Positions 27,121 through 41,743 of a DNA stretch of 64,000 nucleotides are shown piece after piece. Source of the DNA: the human T2T-CHM13v2.0 reference genome, Homo sapiens; assembly GCF_009914755.1 (NCBI RefSeq), contig NC_060927.1; one strand, given 5' to 3'. Below the pieces are notes generated by a model, which was given only the letters and a program-made list of their open reading frames with translations, searched no databases and had not been told where the DNA came from. The position numbers and the translations under genes are program-made. How positions within the stretch are numbered: the stretch's first letter is position 1; each line of letters starts with the position of its first letter.

Positions 27121-27546
27121 AGAAAACTATATGCATTATGTTCTCACAATTGTTAGAAACCATGTGATAACTTCCTTAAAAACATGAAATGCCGTATTTA
27201 CAAAGTCAATTTTTAGATACTGCCTAAAGTTGGTTATAGATTGTACCATATCTGTATTCTCTTATGTTGATCCAGCAAAAGTAGGAGGTTTTCCTTCTGT
27301 CGTTTTCCAAATGTTGGTCAGAATCTAATATATCATCTGGAGAGGGTGTTATGAATGCTTATACAACTACCTCAATCTTGCTAAACATGAGATAGTAAAG
27401 TAATTGTTTCCATAAGTTCACCAAAAACTGGTATAATCAAGAAGCAATATATAGTATTATTGTTATTCCCCAGGGTCAATGGCTTCCTTCATGTTGTATG
27501 ATTCCAGAGTTTTCTTGTATCCCATCACCAATAAGTTTTGTAGAAC

Positions 27547-27956
27547 TGTCAACCCAATAACAAACAGAGGGGGAGACTCCTTTTTTAAGAGATAATGGTC
27601 TTTTAGGAGGAATAGGCATTGCAGTGAGAATATGAGTACCATTGTAAGCTATGTGTGTATTCAGGGAGGTAAAATAAAACAAAGGTTTTTAAAGGAAAAA
27701 TGAGGATTACATAATTGTTTTGAGATAATTCTCAACTGTCTAGGGAGTTGCTAGACAGACGTCCTGGCAGATGTATATTTTGTGTAAGGTTATAATGACC
27801 TTTGTGCAAGGTTGTGGTTTTTGCAGTCTCCGTGATAGTTATTTTTATCAAGCATTTGTGTATAACAACCCTCCCTTAATTTCATGGCCTTCCCTGGCTC
27901 TGTTTGTGAGGATCTTTAACATAAGTGACTCTATTTTGATTTTGACAACTTTCACA
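27547..27956 (-). mobile_element. ERV1 solo LTR (MER67-like)
   Basis: TG...CA termini. Perfect 4-bp TSD GAAC at 27543-27546 and 27957-27960. Confidence 0.82.
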
Positions 27957-27959
27957 GAA

Positions 27960-28900
27960 CTTTCCATTTTTGTCAGCAGGGTTAGTATAGGTATACTAAT
28001 TATTGCTTTAATTTAAATTTCCTTCATCAAAAAGAAGTTTGAGTATCTTTTCCTTTTGGAATTGTTTATCTCTATATTTTCTGTTAATATAATTTACACA
28101 TTTAAAATTTATTTATATTTACAACTTTACAATTATATGGATCAATAGGGCTTATAACAAAAAGAAAGAAATTCCTATGCCCCCCAGCTCATTTTTTACC
28201 ATATTCCTCAGAGGCAATTAGTTTCTCTTTTTTAGCTTTTTTTTTTCATCTGTTCATATCTAAATAAAATTCATACACTGCAATCTTAATTTTAGACATT
28301 ACATATATTGGTAGATTAATATATTTAGCTAACTTCCATGCTCCTATTCAATATTTCTGTTGCTACACCACTGTAAATATTGTTCACTGCTGGGAAATAA
28401 AATGTACATTGAAATAAAAATGTTTTTTCTTCTACAGTGATTTTATCTTAAAATTAATAATCTTCATTACGTCTTTCTTAGTGTGCTTAATTTTCTTTAA
28501 AATATAAGAGTAACTTTTCTAATATATCTTATACTCTATATTTTAATAAATTTTTTCATACAGCTAAATGTCTCATATGATTTGTATCTTTCTTTTCTCC
28601 TCTGTACATTTTTCTTCTGTGGTTCTCATCTTGTCTTTGGTTTTGTTTCTTTCTTAATGTCTGCTGCACAGTTTTTGTCCTGAGACTTCCTTTTGCTTAT
28701 TCTTGAATTTCTTCTGCCTTTTTCTTATGTGAAATCCCATTTAGTAATTATTTTCTATCAATGCGCTCCTATTTTATGGACTACATCTCCTCAAAGCTTC
28801 TTGAGCTCTTCAGAAAAATGGTATAGAATATAAGTATTTAAACTCTTTGCATATCCGTGTCTGTGTATATATAGAACTGTATATTTAATATAGAGTAAAA
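27960..28900 (-). mobile_element. Highly decayed L1ME/L1M sequence
   Basis: ttgctttaatttaaatttcc...tttgagtatcttttc and a T-rich skew typical of antisense old L1. Boundaries are uncertain. Confidence 0.4.
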
Positions 28901-29939
28901 AAAATCCCTTTAACTTCATATTAAGGTAATTTTTTCCTTAAATTTTATTTTACTATGTATATTAATAATACATGTCAAATAAAACTATATTGACAGATGT
29001 ACAATGAAATATAACTCTTTCTAAAGTTTTAACACAAGAGAACTTACTCTAATTTTTCTACATCTGTTTATCATACTTTATATTATGGTCAATATTTTGT
29101 ATATATTCTATACTTTCAGATTTGATTTTCTGCTTGACCCAAATGGGCTGTATTTTTCTTCCTTTAAATCAGGAATATTTTTAATATCCAAAATGTATCT
29201 TTAAACTTTTTAGTTTCTTCTTTTCCTCACATTTTTTAAAAAATTTTTATTTCTCTTGATTTTCCTAGTTTAAATTTTAAAATACCTTATTTACCTTTAG
29301 GAAATGACAACAGTTAAAAAAAAAAACATTTTAATGCATTGTGCTAACATCCTATTTCATGTTTATTTTACTACTTCTTATTTTTACAACGGGAAAATGT
29401 TTTAAATCATTTGTCATTGAAAGAATTTGACAATTCTCAATGAGTCTTGAAATTCTACTGCATAGGTTTTTTATTTTGTGTCATACCACATTTATTGAAG
29501 GATTTATTTTTAAATATGAAGTTTTTTTATTAGCTAAAATAAATAGAGAAAAATTATTTTGTATTTTTACAAAGTGTTTTGGGTGCAACGTGTAGCTTAA
29601 GAGATAGCAAAATGCATCATATAATGAGTTGAGCACTTTCCAACTTCAAGAATGTATTGGTTATAAAATTCTTGTCGCCAAAGTATCTAGTATTCATATT
29701 TACCTATGAATTTTTTCATAGAGTATTCTTAATATTTTTAAATTGGTCCATTCTCATATATTAGCAAATTTACCCCCAAATGACATACACACTGCCATAT
29801 TTTTATTTGAAACTAAATGACTACCATATTATTTGATTGCTCCTTTTAAATTATACAATATTGCCATCCTATGAAAAATTATTTTAGAATAAAGTACTAA
29901 TTTTAACTGACTTCTCTGTAGCTTTAGTAGTGTTGGTCT

Positions 29940-31280
29940 TTCTCTCATTTTATAACCTCTGTCCTTGAATATTGAAGCCTGCATCCTAGTTTCCATGACA
30001 AAGTTTTCTTGATTTTATTCTATCCTTCCTTGACATTCTTTCTTAGTGTAGTTTTCTCTGTAGTTTACCTGCACTCATTAATTAAATGTGAATGTTTCTG
30101 AGAGTTCCAAAAACAGCCTCTCATTCTCTTTGCTGCTGGAGAATATCACTTAGTTCTATTATTTCCAATACTCTCTGTATGATAATGTCTCCCAAACCAT
30201 ATCCCTAGCATCTCTCTCCTTAACTCTTGTTTCCAATAATCATAAGACTATTGGGCATCTCTACATTATTTCCTCAGACTCAGGCATCTCAACCCAAACT
30301 CTTCAAAACTGAAAGATTTTCACAGCTTCCAACCTTCTTAATCCATGACTCTTGTACTCTCTATATTAGGTAACTCACACCAATAGCTACCTTATCAACT
30401 AAGCAGAAATTTTAAAATGATGCCTCCTCTTCTTTTTAAAAAATTTTTCATGTTCAATTTTATGCATGTCCTTTAGATTCTACCTTTCTTTGAAAACTCT
30501 TCTTTATCTTTAGTTGATAATCTTGTTATTTTGTCTTGATTATACTAACAGCTTTCTAATTGTTTCCCACTTCTAATTCCTTTTACCTCCAGTTCATTCT
30601 CTGCACTACTGCCAGAATACTCTCTAAAATGCAAAGATGTTTAAAAAGAAATGAAAAGAAAAATAATTACAATGTGTGGAGTGATGTAAATTGCTCTTTT
30701 AATTAAAAAAATAAATTTTAAAATGCAAATCTTATTTGTCATGCTCTTCCTTGAAATCAGTAGGGAAAATAATCCTCTTTTAACTTCCCATCCTCAACTC
30801 AAAAATTGAAAAGATGTTGGCAAAGCACGCTGGCATCATATGCTCAAACCACACTATATAGCATTTTCCTCCTTTACCTAAATTTTCCTTTGCCCACCTC
30901 TCCCCCAGTGAAACATAACTCTTTCTACAGAATTTATCTTGGATATTACCTCTTCTGCCTGAGCAGATATATTTTACACAGCTTTCTGATAGAATGAAAT
31001 GCAGCTAATATTTATAAAAATAACGAGATTCATTTGGGCACATCTAATTTTGTATAGTCATGAATGTCGGCCTTTGGAGGCCTTATGGTCAAGACATGTC
31101 TCAGACATTAACCCCCCATGCAGTTCACTGTGCTCTGTATGATAATTTTATGTTTACTTGACTTTTTTCCTTTCTTAACTATGTCCTCCTGAGAGGAAAG
31201 GAACCACATTTTTTTTTTCTGCAAAGCACAATGCCAGTCACAAAGTGGCACTACTTACTGATTTAATAAATGAATCTCAT
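29940..31280 (+). mobile_element. L2 LINE relic (fragmented)
   Basis: ggcatctctac...caggcatctcaacccaaac, cattctctgcactactgccaga and the L2 tail gcacaatgcc...aataaatgaat. Confidence 0.65.
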
Positions 31281-31477
31281 CTTGATTACTTTTCTTGTTA
31301 TAAAGGTGTTTAACTAGTGGAGAAAATTGTATTAAGTCTTTCTGGAAGTACAATGTCCTCCTTTTAGTAAATAAATATAATGTTTATTTATTTAATTGAG
31401 TGATTAGTGGTGCAACAATTATACATAGGAAAAACTATAAAAACATTCATTAAATTGGTAGTATTAAAAAGCAAATT

Positions 31478-31840
31478 GTGCAAACCCAGACTGGGAGATG
31501 TTCTGCAGCATATCTGGTCAGTACACCCTAAGACTGTCAAGGTCATAAAAATCAAGGAAAGACAGTAACTGTCACAGACTCGGGGTGATAACAACTAAAG
31601 CATTGTGGTATTCTGGATTCAGTACTAGAAAAGAAACTGGAAAACCGGTGAAATGCAAATAAAGTTTAAAATTTAGATAATGGTAATGCGATAATATCCA
31701 TTTTTTAGTTTTGACAAATGTAATATGATAATGTACAATGTTAACAATATGGGAAACTAGGTGAGGGGTATATAAGAACTCTAATCTTTGCATATTTTTT
31801 GTATATCTAAAATTATTCAAATCTAAAGTTTATTTATAAA
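31478..31840 (+). mobile_element. L1MC-type 3' end
   Basis: actgtcaaggtcataaaaatcaaggaaagac...tctttgcatatttttgtatatctaaaattattc. Confidence 0.75.
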
Positions 31841-31966
31841 AATGCATTTATGACTTAACAAAAATTTTATTGTTAACACAGCATAATATACAGGTTTTTT
31901 AAACCATATGCACCCAGAGACACTTGTAATGAAAGTGTACTTCATATCTTTAAAATGCACATCTTA

Positions 31967-32250
31967 GGTTGGTCACATGGCTTATGCATGTAATCCCAGC
32001 ACGTTGGGAGGCTGAGGCAGAAAGATTGCTTGAGGCCAGGAGTTCAAGACCAGCCTGGACAACACAGCAAGACTCCATTTCTACAAAATAAAAATTAAAA
32101 ATTGGTTGGATGTGGTGGCATGCCCCTGTAGTCCTAGCCTCTCAGGAGGCTGAAGAGGGAGGATCATTAAGCCCGGGAATTCAAGGCTGCAGCTACAATT
32201 ATGCCACTGTATTCCAGCCTGGGCAATCAGAGTGAGACCTTGTCTTGAAA
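31967..32250 (+). mobile_element. Alu (AluJ-like)
   Basis: Alu consensus. TSD aaaatgca(c/t)atctt at 31952-31965 and 32251-32264. Confidence 0.95.
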
Positions 32251-34035
32251 AAAATGCATATCTTTTTCAAAAATTTGAGGGAAAGTTAGAATAATTGTTT
32301 AAAAATGCACATTTCCTTTTAATATATGCTACTTGCTATAATATTGGTTTTGATTTGAGATGATGCGAATGCTTTTATGATCACACTACTGTGTTAATTC
32401 TATATTTTATATTAAAATTTTAAAAAATTATATCTAAAATGATTTTGCCAAAAATGTTGCATAGAACTCTGACCTTGAAATCAATAGAAATTTAAACTCA
32501 CTTTTGTCTGTCTGGATATTATGGACCATTTTCAATTTTTATATTTAAAAACCCCTCACAGCAAAATATGTTCTAGCAATTGATCTTTTTATCTATTACA
32601 AAAATGAAACATTCCATTTCCTTATATCAGGGAACACATTTGAGGGGTGGGCAAGCATACGTTTGTTTCTTCCTTTCATTAATGTTTTGCTGGAGGGCAA
32701 ATGTCAGAGTAGCCACTTTCATATTTTGGCCCCTCTTGCTGAAACTCCTGTAGGGAAATTCTGCAGATGGGTTTCTTTGATGGTTCTTTTCATTTTTATC
32801 TCACGCTGTGACTTTGACAGTCAGACTGGCAGTAGGATACAGAAATAAAAGAAGAAGGCTTAAAGAAATGTTATAGCTTCATGCTGTGAATTTAGAAGAT
32901 GACAGGTTTTTTTGGCTTGCTTTCTCTGGCCCATGACTAAAAGAACTGTCACTAGGTTACAGTGCTAAGAAGAAGTAATGAGAACATATTTTCATGCAGA
33001 TACCTAGAGGACTTTGATGCACATGGCCTGCCCAAGTCAATCGGAAACTCTGAGGCTAAAAATTGCTGTGGCAGGATCCAAAACCACATGGCTGAGAAGG
33101 ATGCTTGGCAATCGTGTTTGTACAGTTTTACACAGTTGACATGTAATAAGCATTTATTAATAATAATGACATGTAAATTTGCCTTTCATGCTGTTGCAGC
33201 AAGAATCTATCATCTGTCAGTTTGTCTGTCTCCACTGTATAATATATATAAAGAATATATTCCTTAAAGTAATGATGAATCAGTATGCTGAATGTGACCT
33301 TATTATTTTTTTGTAGAAAGGTGTCTCCAAGGCTTTGTTAAGCAGCAAGGGATTACATTTCCACTAATGAGAATCCTTAGGGCTATGCAATAGTAATATT
33401 TCTAATTGAGAAACTCAAAAATTGCATGTGAAAAAACTTTAAAACATGAATTCTATATGTTTATAACAAATCTTAAGAAATATGTAAAAGTAAAATCACT
33501 TAAAAATAAGGAAGAATCAACCTGTGATGGTTGTAAGATGGTCAAATTTATTATCATTTTAAGTACAAACTTATTTTTAGATATGATATGCCTAATTTTT
33601 AAAGAGTATGTATTATAATGTATTATAATACATATAATACATTATATGCATTATATATAATATATATAAAAAACAGATTTTGTCAGGATACTAGAAACTC
33701 TCTCTAGAAAGGTTTTAAGCTCTATTAATTTAACTTACTGAATTCTATGAATTTAACTCCCATCCTTGAGAAAAGTCCAGAAGTGTTACATTCTGACTTA
33801 CAGTTCATTCTTGTAGGAAGTCAACATTTCCTTCCTAAGTTATGATGAGCTTTGGTGTAGATGCAATAAAGTAATTATTCTTTCTGTTTGTGTTGAGAAG
33901 ATGTAATATAACAAAAAAATCCTGTTCTAGTTAAAAAATTGATCTTCAGACTAAATTAAACCACAGAAACCTGCCATGAATACAGTGATTATTTGAGAGG
34001 AATTTTCACTACCACCTCCTAAGTCAGGCCATCTC

Positions 34036-34526
34036 TATTGGGAGACAATTCTCTATTGATAATGTTTCTATATATCATCTAAGTTTCCTTTGTTTCGGGC
34101 TTTTTTGAAGACGTTTGTATAGCTAACAGCCTTTTACAAAAGAGATAGTGTCTTCCTGTAGAGTAAAGGACATGTTTGCTTACAGTACAGTAAAATAAAA
34201 TCAATGTCTTACTCTGCAGCAACGTTTAGGCTACCTTACCTTTTTAACCTAGCTTTGACCTGTTACAAAAGATTCTAATTCTGCAAGCTCAGGGTTCCGC
34301 CCCTGTTCCTCAGTCCACTAAGTATGCACCTGTCTCTGTGGTAATTGGGACTTGGGAAAACAACGTGGGTGCTGATACTCTGGTTGCCTTTATAACTGTG
34401 AGTAATGAAGTTATTTGTCTCTGATCCAGGGATCTCATGTCTTCTCCCAATGTTCATGAGACTACAATAGCCTAATATGTAAGCTTGAAAGCAGTATAAA
34501 TCTCAGTTCCTTCACAGTTCTTGGTG
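34036..34526 (+). mobile_element. LTR40a-like ERVL solo LTR
   Basis: Starts tattgggagacaattctc, contains gctgatactctgg...gtgagtaat..tttgtctctga and ends ccttcacagttcttg. Confidence 0.8.
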
Positions 34527-34699
34527 CTCACCTCCCTTTTCCTTATTTGTAGAAAGTGTTTTCTTTTTAGCCTCTCCTCCTCTAATTTCTAATCTCTTTA
34601 ATTCTTCATAATATGCCACTGTCTGGTTATTCATTCTAATGTTCACTTCTGAGCCAAATCTCATGACTACCAATTTTTTATTGGTTAAAGTTTAAACTT

Positions 34700-35215
34700 T
34701 AATTAATTCACTAATTCATTCATTTATCAGATTTTTTAAAGTATTTACTATTTACTACTTAGGCACTTGAGATAAATGGTGAAGAAGTTAGTCATGGAAT
34801 ACTACATAGAAGTCTCCAGTATTGGCTTTCTGTACATTCCTTGTCTCATCTTATACTATTGTCTTCAAAGAACCTATGCCCCAGCAAACTTGATTGAGCC
34901 TCGAAATAGGCCCTGTTATTCTCCAAGCCTGTACTTTTATCTATTCCTAAAATACTCTGCTTCTGGATCTCCATCAATTAAAAATGAGTCTATGCATTAT
35001 AGCTTCATTTTAAGTATGATTTCTTTGTAGTTTTTCCTTTTTAACTCCACTTAGAAGTGATCTTTTGTCTCCTTTCATATGATACTCACATATATTGTAA
35101 TCATTGAATGCATTCCTTAATTCTGTACCAAACAATGGCAATTTGAGGAAATATAAAATGTTTTGCATAATTTTTGTGTTTTACAGTGCCTTATACATAG
35201 TAGGTAATCAATAAA
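34700..35215. mobile_element. L2 fragments (minus tail ~34700-34790, plus fragment ~34830-35215)
   Basis: attcattcattt... tail, and acagtgccttatacatagtaggtaatcaataaa. Confidence 0.5.
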
Positions 35216-35704
35216 ACTAGAATAAGACAGTAAATACAGATATGAGAAGCACCCAAAGCCAAGCCAAGTCAACCAAATGCAATTGATAGAGTTTCTTTCT
35301 TCCTTCAGAGCTGGCCATTTGAGCATCAGCACACACCATCAACATAGGATCTGATGGTCTGAGTTTAACACTATCTGGGTCTTAGTGGCCCCATTTTTAA
35401 TAACTAGGTAAAGAATATAATTATATTTTGTGCCTTACTGTGAGATGCTTCAGAGTTCCTGACAAATAATAAATAACCTGAAACATAAATCTAGACTATG
35501 AAATTATTATTACTTGAAAATTTAATGTGAAAAATAAAATAATTATTTCATTTTCACTTTAATACAATAAATCTAACTTTGTGGCATCATGAAAATTTCT
35601 ATAATTTATACTGGTAATAATATATGATTATATTATTTTAAATCAGTATTAAGTATGTATCGTAGTAATTATATAGTACTTTTATATAATCATATTTAGC
35701 GTTT

Positions 35705-35875
35705 TTATTAATAAATGGAATTTACTGAGTGCTTATTATGTGTCATGCATTCTGCTTAATGGTTTACATACAGTAACTTCAAGAGGTAGATATTATTATT
35801 TCCATGTGTGATGTGGGAAGAGAAATTAAAGTCAAGAAATGTTACGTAACATGCCTGGGGACATAAGTAACCTTT
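35705..35875 (-). mobile_element. MIR
   Basis: atttactgagtgcttattatgtg...gaggtagatattattatttcc...gaagagaaatt. Confidence 0.65.
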
Positions 35876-37618
35876 AAAATTAATGGCCATAATGACTGAG
35901 AAACGGGATGCCAAAAATCAGGCTTTAGTTGGAGATTATACTCCTGTACAAAGTTTGTGTTTCACTAAGTGCAATGTCTGACAAGAAGAGCAGAGGAAAG
36001 TTATACTAATACATTGTTTAGGGTTGTTTCTACCAAGGATTTTAGAATCAGGGAATAAAAATAATAATAGAGTTTATATTAACAGGTGGAGATAAAATTC
36101 ACTTCTGCAACAGCTCTGTTCCTTTAGCATTTTATAATAAAAATTATTTATGTGAAAAAGTTGATGACAGTAAAACCATTGCAAGTATAAACTAATATTA
36201 TTATTAATAAATAATATATATTAAATATTTTATATTAGTAATTTTAGATACTTGAAAAGAAAGGAAAATATTACAGAACTAACACTGAAATGCATAGAGG
36301 AGCAAAATTAAATTATTGTCATTATCTCTGGTTTCTACTAAGGGAAGATTCTGTGTGTTCAATAATATGCAGAATTAGACTTTCCATCTTGCTTTGACCG
36401 AGGATTCAGCATTTACTTAATACTTATTATCCTTTACTTCAGTTTGGCTGCACAACTAAAGTATTCTTAAAGCCAACAATGAGAATGGTCTTAATGATTA
36501 CTTCTTTTCATTGCCCATTTTTGTCCTTCTACAGTAAGAGGGCAATAAGAAGGAAAGCCAACTCAATGTCTTTTTCTTCTCATGTGAGACAAAGACAGGG
36601 AATTCTAGGATTGATAATTAAAGCCATCCCTGAGCAGCATTTTCGTTAATTACTCTTATCCTATGAATTCTCTTCTATTAAAACATTATCTGCCTTGTAT
36701 TTCATCATGCTATCATGATGCTTTCCTGGTGGCTTTAGAGTTGTACTAGTTAAAAGGGTCATTATCATCTAATAATCATTCTGAGAACCTAAATAGGCAC
36801 AGGTAATAAAGGGTCACCTCTGTTATACCTAGTAAAAATGTTAAACTAGTGAACTCCAGCATACAAAAAGAAAGACTGAGTTTAATTAATATATTGTATG
36901 TATTGTGTACCTATAACTCTGTCAGTTAGACAGCTGGTTTAAATATCTCTTATGTACACTGTTCTTCATGGAAAGTCAATGCTTATAACTTCTGATAAGA
37001 TCAACATCAATATATAGCTTTGGTATATCACAATTTTTTTCAAAGTGCTTGAGAAGCATTAAATAACTGATTAGAAATGTAATTCTGGTCCATCAAATTA
37101 TGATTCGATAATAGTTTAAACAAAAAAAATCCATTCCTTCCATTTTACCCACTATAATGAAATTACTCCTTGTCATCATTCAACCTTGTATTTTCAAAAC
37201 GGTTATTAATATAAAAGCAAAGTGATGCCTTTGAAACGTTTTCTGAACACAACATGAATCACTTTCTAAAAAATTACAATATGCATATTTTAAATAAGTA
37301 ATCTACATAGGATCCAACTTTCAAGCATAATTGGTATTTGATGAATGTTTGTTGAATACAAATCTCAGTAATAGAGCTCCAGGGACTAAAAAAACATAGT
37401 TACCTAACATTTTTTTTTCCTTAAAACTTCTGGGAATAATTGATATCTAATAAAATGTTATTTATTTACACCTAAATGTAATTGATTGTGCCATGTGGAA
37501 TTTCATTAGATTGTATGGACCCTTCCTACTATGAGAGCAACTTTTATATGAAGCAATACTGCATGTGATCAAAATTAAACTTCCACTCCTGGCCCCATCA
37601 GAAATTCCAATATGGTCA

Positions 37619-37978
<360 letters not shown>

Positions 37979-38114
37979 CTATTAGGGCACTGATACATCC
38001 AAATTTGCATATATTGGGAAGATATGTCTCGTCTTTTTCTTTAAACAATAATTAATGAATTTTTATTTTCATTTTCTTCCCCTATGTATATTTCTACTAT
38101 GTACCCTTTAAAAT

Positions 38115-38410
38115 TTGTTTATTTTCTTTTAAATTGGCAAATAATAATTATATATACTTGTGAGGTACAAAGCGATGTTTTGGTATATTTCCACATTATG
38201 AAATGATTAAACCAAGTTCATTAACATATCCATCACCTCACATAATTAACATATTTTTATGATTCAAACATTTCAAATCTCTCTTGGAAATGTTATAATA
38301 TACATTACATTATTAGTAACTGTAGTCACTGTGCTGTGCAAGAGATCTCAAAAATGTATTCCCTGTGTCTGAAACTTTGTACCCTTTGTCCAGCATTTTC
38401 CCCTTCCTCC
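38115..38410 (-). mobile_element. L1MA 3' end
   Basis: gtacaaagcgatgttttg...ttaacatatccatcacctcacata...aaactttgtaccctttg. Confidence 0.8.
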
Positions 38411-39241
38411 ACCTTTAAAAACATTTTATTGCTTGTGTAATAATGCTATAACATTTATAGTACAACATTGACTACTATTATGCATCTGTTTACTCAGATT
38501 TTGTGAACATTTAACTCACTCTATTTTTTTGAAAAGGCTGGTTACACCTTCAAAAACAACCCTCATTTGTGCCCTCTAGACTGTCTGTTCAAGACACAGT
38601 GATGAAATTATATCAGATGAAAGATGCCAGAGCCATCTCAATTAGTTTAATTGACTAAAATATGCATACTTTATTCACATTTTAGACCACATTCATCTGA
38701 ATATATAAATTAGATGGTTATGTAAAGAAACCAACCTAGCTGTTTGTATGACTTAGGTAAAATAAAGATTATATTGTATCACAGTTTTCTATACATTTTC
38801 TAGGGAATTCCAACACTTTGAAGCTTCTATATTATGTGGGGTTTTTTTGCAATAGCTAAGAGATAATTAGAAGATCAATCTTTTTCTTATCTTAAAAATA
38901 GAATATGTAAACATTAAGTAATTATTATTTTAAAATGTCAAGAAAGGCAATATTGAGGAAAGAAAAGAAAATTTCAACATTTAATGTTCTATTTTACAAT
39001 ACTAAATGAGGTTCTCTTTTCTGTTAGAGTGAAAGAACCTCAGACCAAAACCCTCAAAAAATGGATTCTGTTCTTTTGCCGTAGCTGTACAGAATCTTCC
39101 AGAAGTCATTCAGTTTCTCTGAGACCCATCCTAATCATTGAAAAAGAGTACAGTTATGCTCTTCCCAAATACCTGAATGTTTGTCAGTACACTTCATGAC
39201 AAATAATGAATATTGCTAAATACAAAAATATGGTAATTCTG

Positions 39242-39856
39242 TGTATTAGTTTGTTGCAGTTGCATAACAGATAATCACCAATTTAGCAACTTAAAATACA
39301 AATTTATTAACCCACAGTCTTTTTACCCCAGATCCAGGTTGACTTGACTGACATCATTGTTCTGAGTTTTATAAGGCTGAAACTTAAGTGTCATCTGTCT
39401 TGGGTTTTACTAGGAAGCTCTGGGGAGAATCTGCTTCCAAGCTCATTTGAGTTGTTGGTAGAATTACTTCCCTGTGGTTGTAGGAATGAGGTCCTGTGAA
39501 CCTGCTGGCTGTCATCCAGGGACCAATTTTAGCTCCTCGAGGACTCCCAGGCCCTTGCATGTGGGTTCCTACATCTCAGAGCCAGCAACACCACACATAT
39601 CCTTTTCAAACTTGGAGTTTCTCAACTGCCCCTGCAGCCACCTCTCCCTTCAAGAGGTAAATGAAGCCACCTCTTCTACTCCATCTCTCTTCTGCTTCTG
39701 GTTAGAAACAGCTCTCTGCTCATAAGGGCTCCTGTGAATAGACTAGGCCAACCAAGATGGATAATCCAGAATAATCTCCCTATATTAAGGTCTGTAACCT
39801 TAATTATATCTGCAAAGTCCCTTTTGCCATATAAGGTAATGTTTTCACAGGTTCCA
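39242..39856 (-). mobile_element. MLT1 (MLT1E-like) MaLR LTR
   Basis: tgtattagttt...gaatctgcttccaagctcatt...ataatctccctat...tctgcaaagtcccttttgcca. Confidence 0.82.
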
Positions 39857-41284
39857 ACCTCATACCATAATACAAATGTGAAGTTATTTTATCAGCTCTG
39901 TAAATGGATATAGAAGAATGAGCTTGGAAAATTGAAATAATACTGGTCAGAGTCAAGGGAGTGTTCATGTTAAGACTGGAGTGACTAAATAGTCTTTTAA
40001 ATCAGATGTGGGTTTGATCCAGAATCTGATCAGAATGCAGGAAGGAAAGGGACCTGTGTGGTAAATGGCCATACCTGAAGCAGATTTCATATTGAAGAAT
40101 AATTATTAAAATTTTAGATACAAATAAATATACTTAACAAAATTTCTCCAAAAATGTAATTTAATAAAATCAATGTTAGGCAGATTAATATGAATGTGCT
40201 ATATCTTATCTGTAATAATTTACCTTGATTAACAGAGCTATTGATCTCAATTTAAAACAACCCTGATTAGATTGGTCAGTAGATTGTTTAGTGCAGAATA
40301 TCAGAGATACAATGAAAAAAAATTAATAAAATTTATTCATTAGCAGATAAAAGTTATAGCTGAAACTACATTTATGCAGTTATGACACAGGCAAATTTGC
40401 TTCCATATAGTTTTTAGTTACTCTGGCATTAACATAAATGCTGTATGCTTGATATTTTAAGTTATATGATGGAGAAAAGGTCATCTGCACTTTTTACAAT
40501 TTAAGAACATTGCTTGTTTTACTCTTAACCTCTTTTTAATGTCAGTTTAATATTTTCTTCTATTTGAGGAAGGGACTAAATAGGGGGCCATTTCAATATA
40601 GGTATTCCAGTGTTTGAAAATGTATCCCTATTCTCAAACACATTTGAAATATACTTTTTTGGTTAAAGGTGAAGAATTTATATTAAATGAAAAAATTAGT
40701 AATTGAATTTAAGAAGAAAACCAACTATGTGGTTATTATTTAGCACAGCAACTTTTAGAGTTACCACCATTCTTGCTTAAGAAGTACAGTTTCATATTGA
40801 AGAAGAGTAGAGCTTATTTTTGAGGTATAAAAAGTCATATATCTGTTGTAGGGGATCTGAATGCCTCAGTATCTGTGAAGTAACCTTTATAGAGAAAGGA
40901 TTAAGTGTTAGTGTTTTCATGAAGTGCTTCAATCTTAGTAAGTTTAACTTTATTTTGTCACAAACATGTCACCATGAAGATTAAGAAGTTTGTTTTATTG
41001 TTATCCTGAGCATTTGTCTTTATGAAATAACTTATATTCTTATTAAAGTTTCCAAATGGTGGGAAATAGTACATTCTATTGCTTCCAGATATTATCTGTT
41101 TTAAGCACTATTATATAATGAATTTCCAGAGGTTATTTTTGTGGTTATTGTTTTCTTTTGGTATAATTTGCTAGAAGAGTCAATATATACCTGAAATAAT
41201 ATTTCTACTTAGCAGTACACATAAATATTCAATTTTGTATTTCAACCCCTAAATTTCCTAAGTCCATGTTTAATATACCTTCTG

Positions 41285-41743
41285 TCGAGAGAGAGAGACA
41301 GAGACAGAGACACAGACAGAGAGTGATTATAATATATTGATTGGCTCATGTAATTACGGAGGCTGAGAAATGTAAAATCTGCAGTCAGCAAGCTGGAGAC
41401 CCAGGACAGCCTATAGTGTAAATTCCAGTGTGAAAGCCAGAAGGCTCAAGACCCGAGAGGAGCTGATATTTCAGTCTGAGCCCAAAGATGAGAAAAGACC
41501 AGTGTCCCAGCTCAATCAGTAAGGCAGGAGGAGTTCCTTCTTACTCAGACTTTTTGTTGGTTCAGATCTTCAATTGATTAGATCACCGCACCTACATTAG
41601 GGAGGGGTATCTTTACTCAGTCTACTGATTCAAATGTTTATCTCATCGAGAAACACGTTCACAAACACACCCAGATTAATATTTGGTCAAATGTCTAGGT
41701 ATTCCATGGCTCAGTCAAGTTGACACAAAAAATTAATCATCAC
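41285..41743 (-). mobile_element. MLT2 (MLT2B-like) 3' LTR of ERVL
   Basis: ggctcatgtaattacggaggctg...cagtcaagttgacacaaaaaattaatcatcaca, adjoining the PPT (minus-strand caaggggtagatt). Confidence 0.88.
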
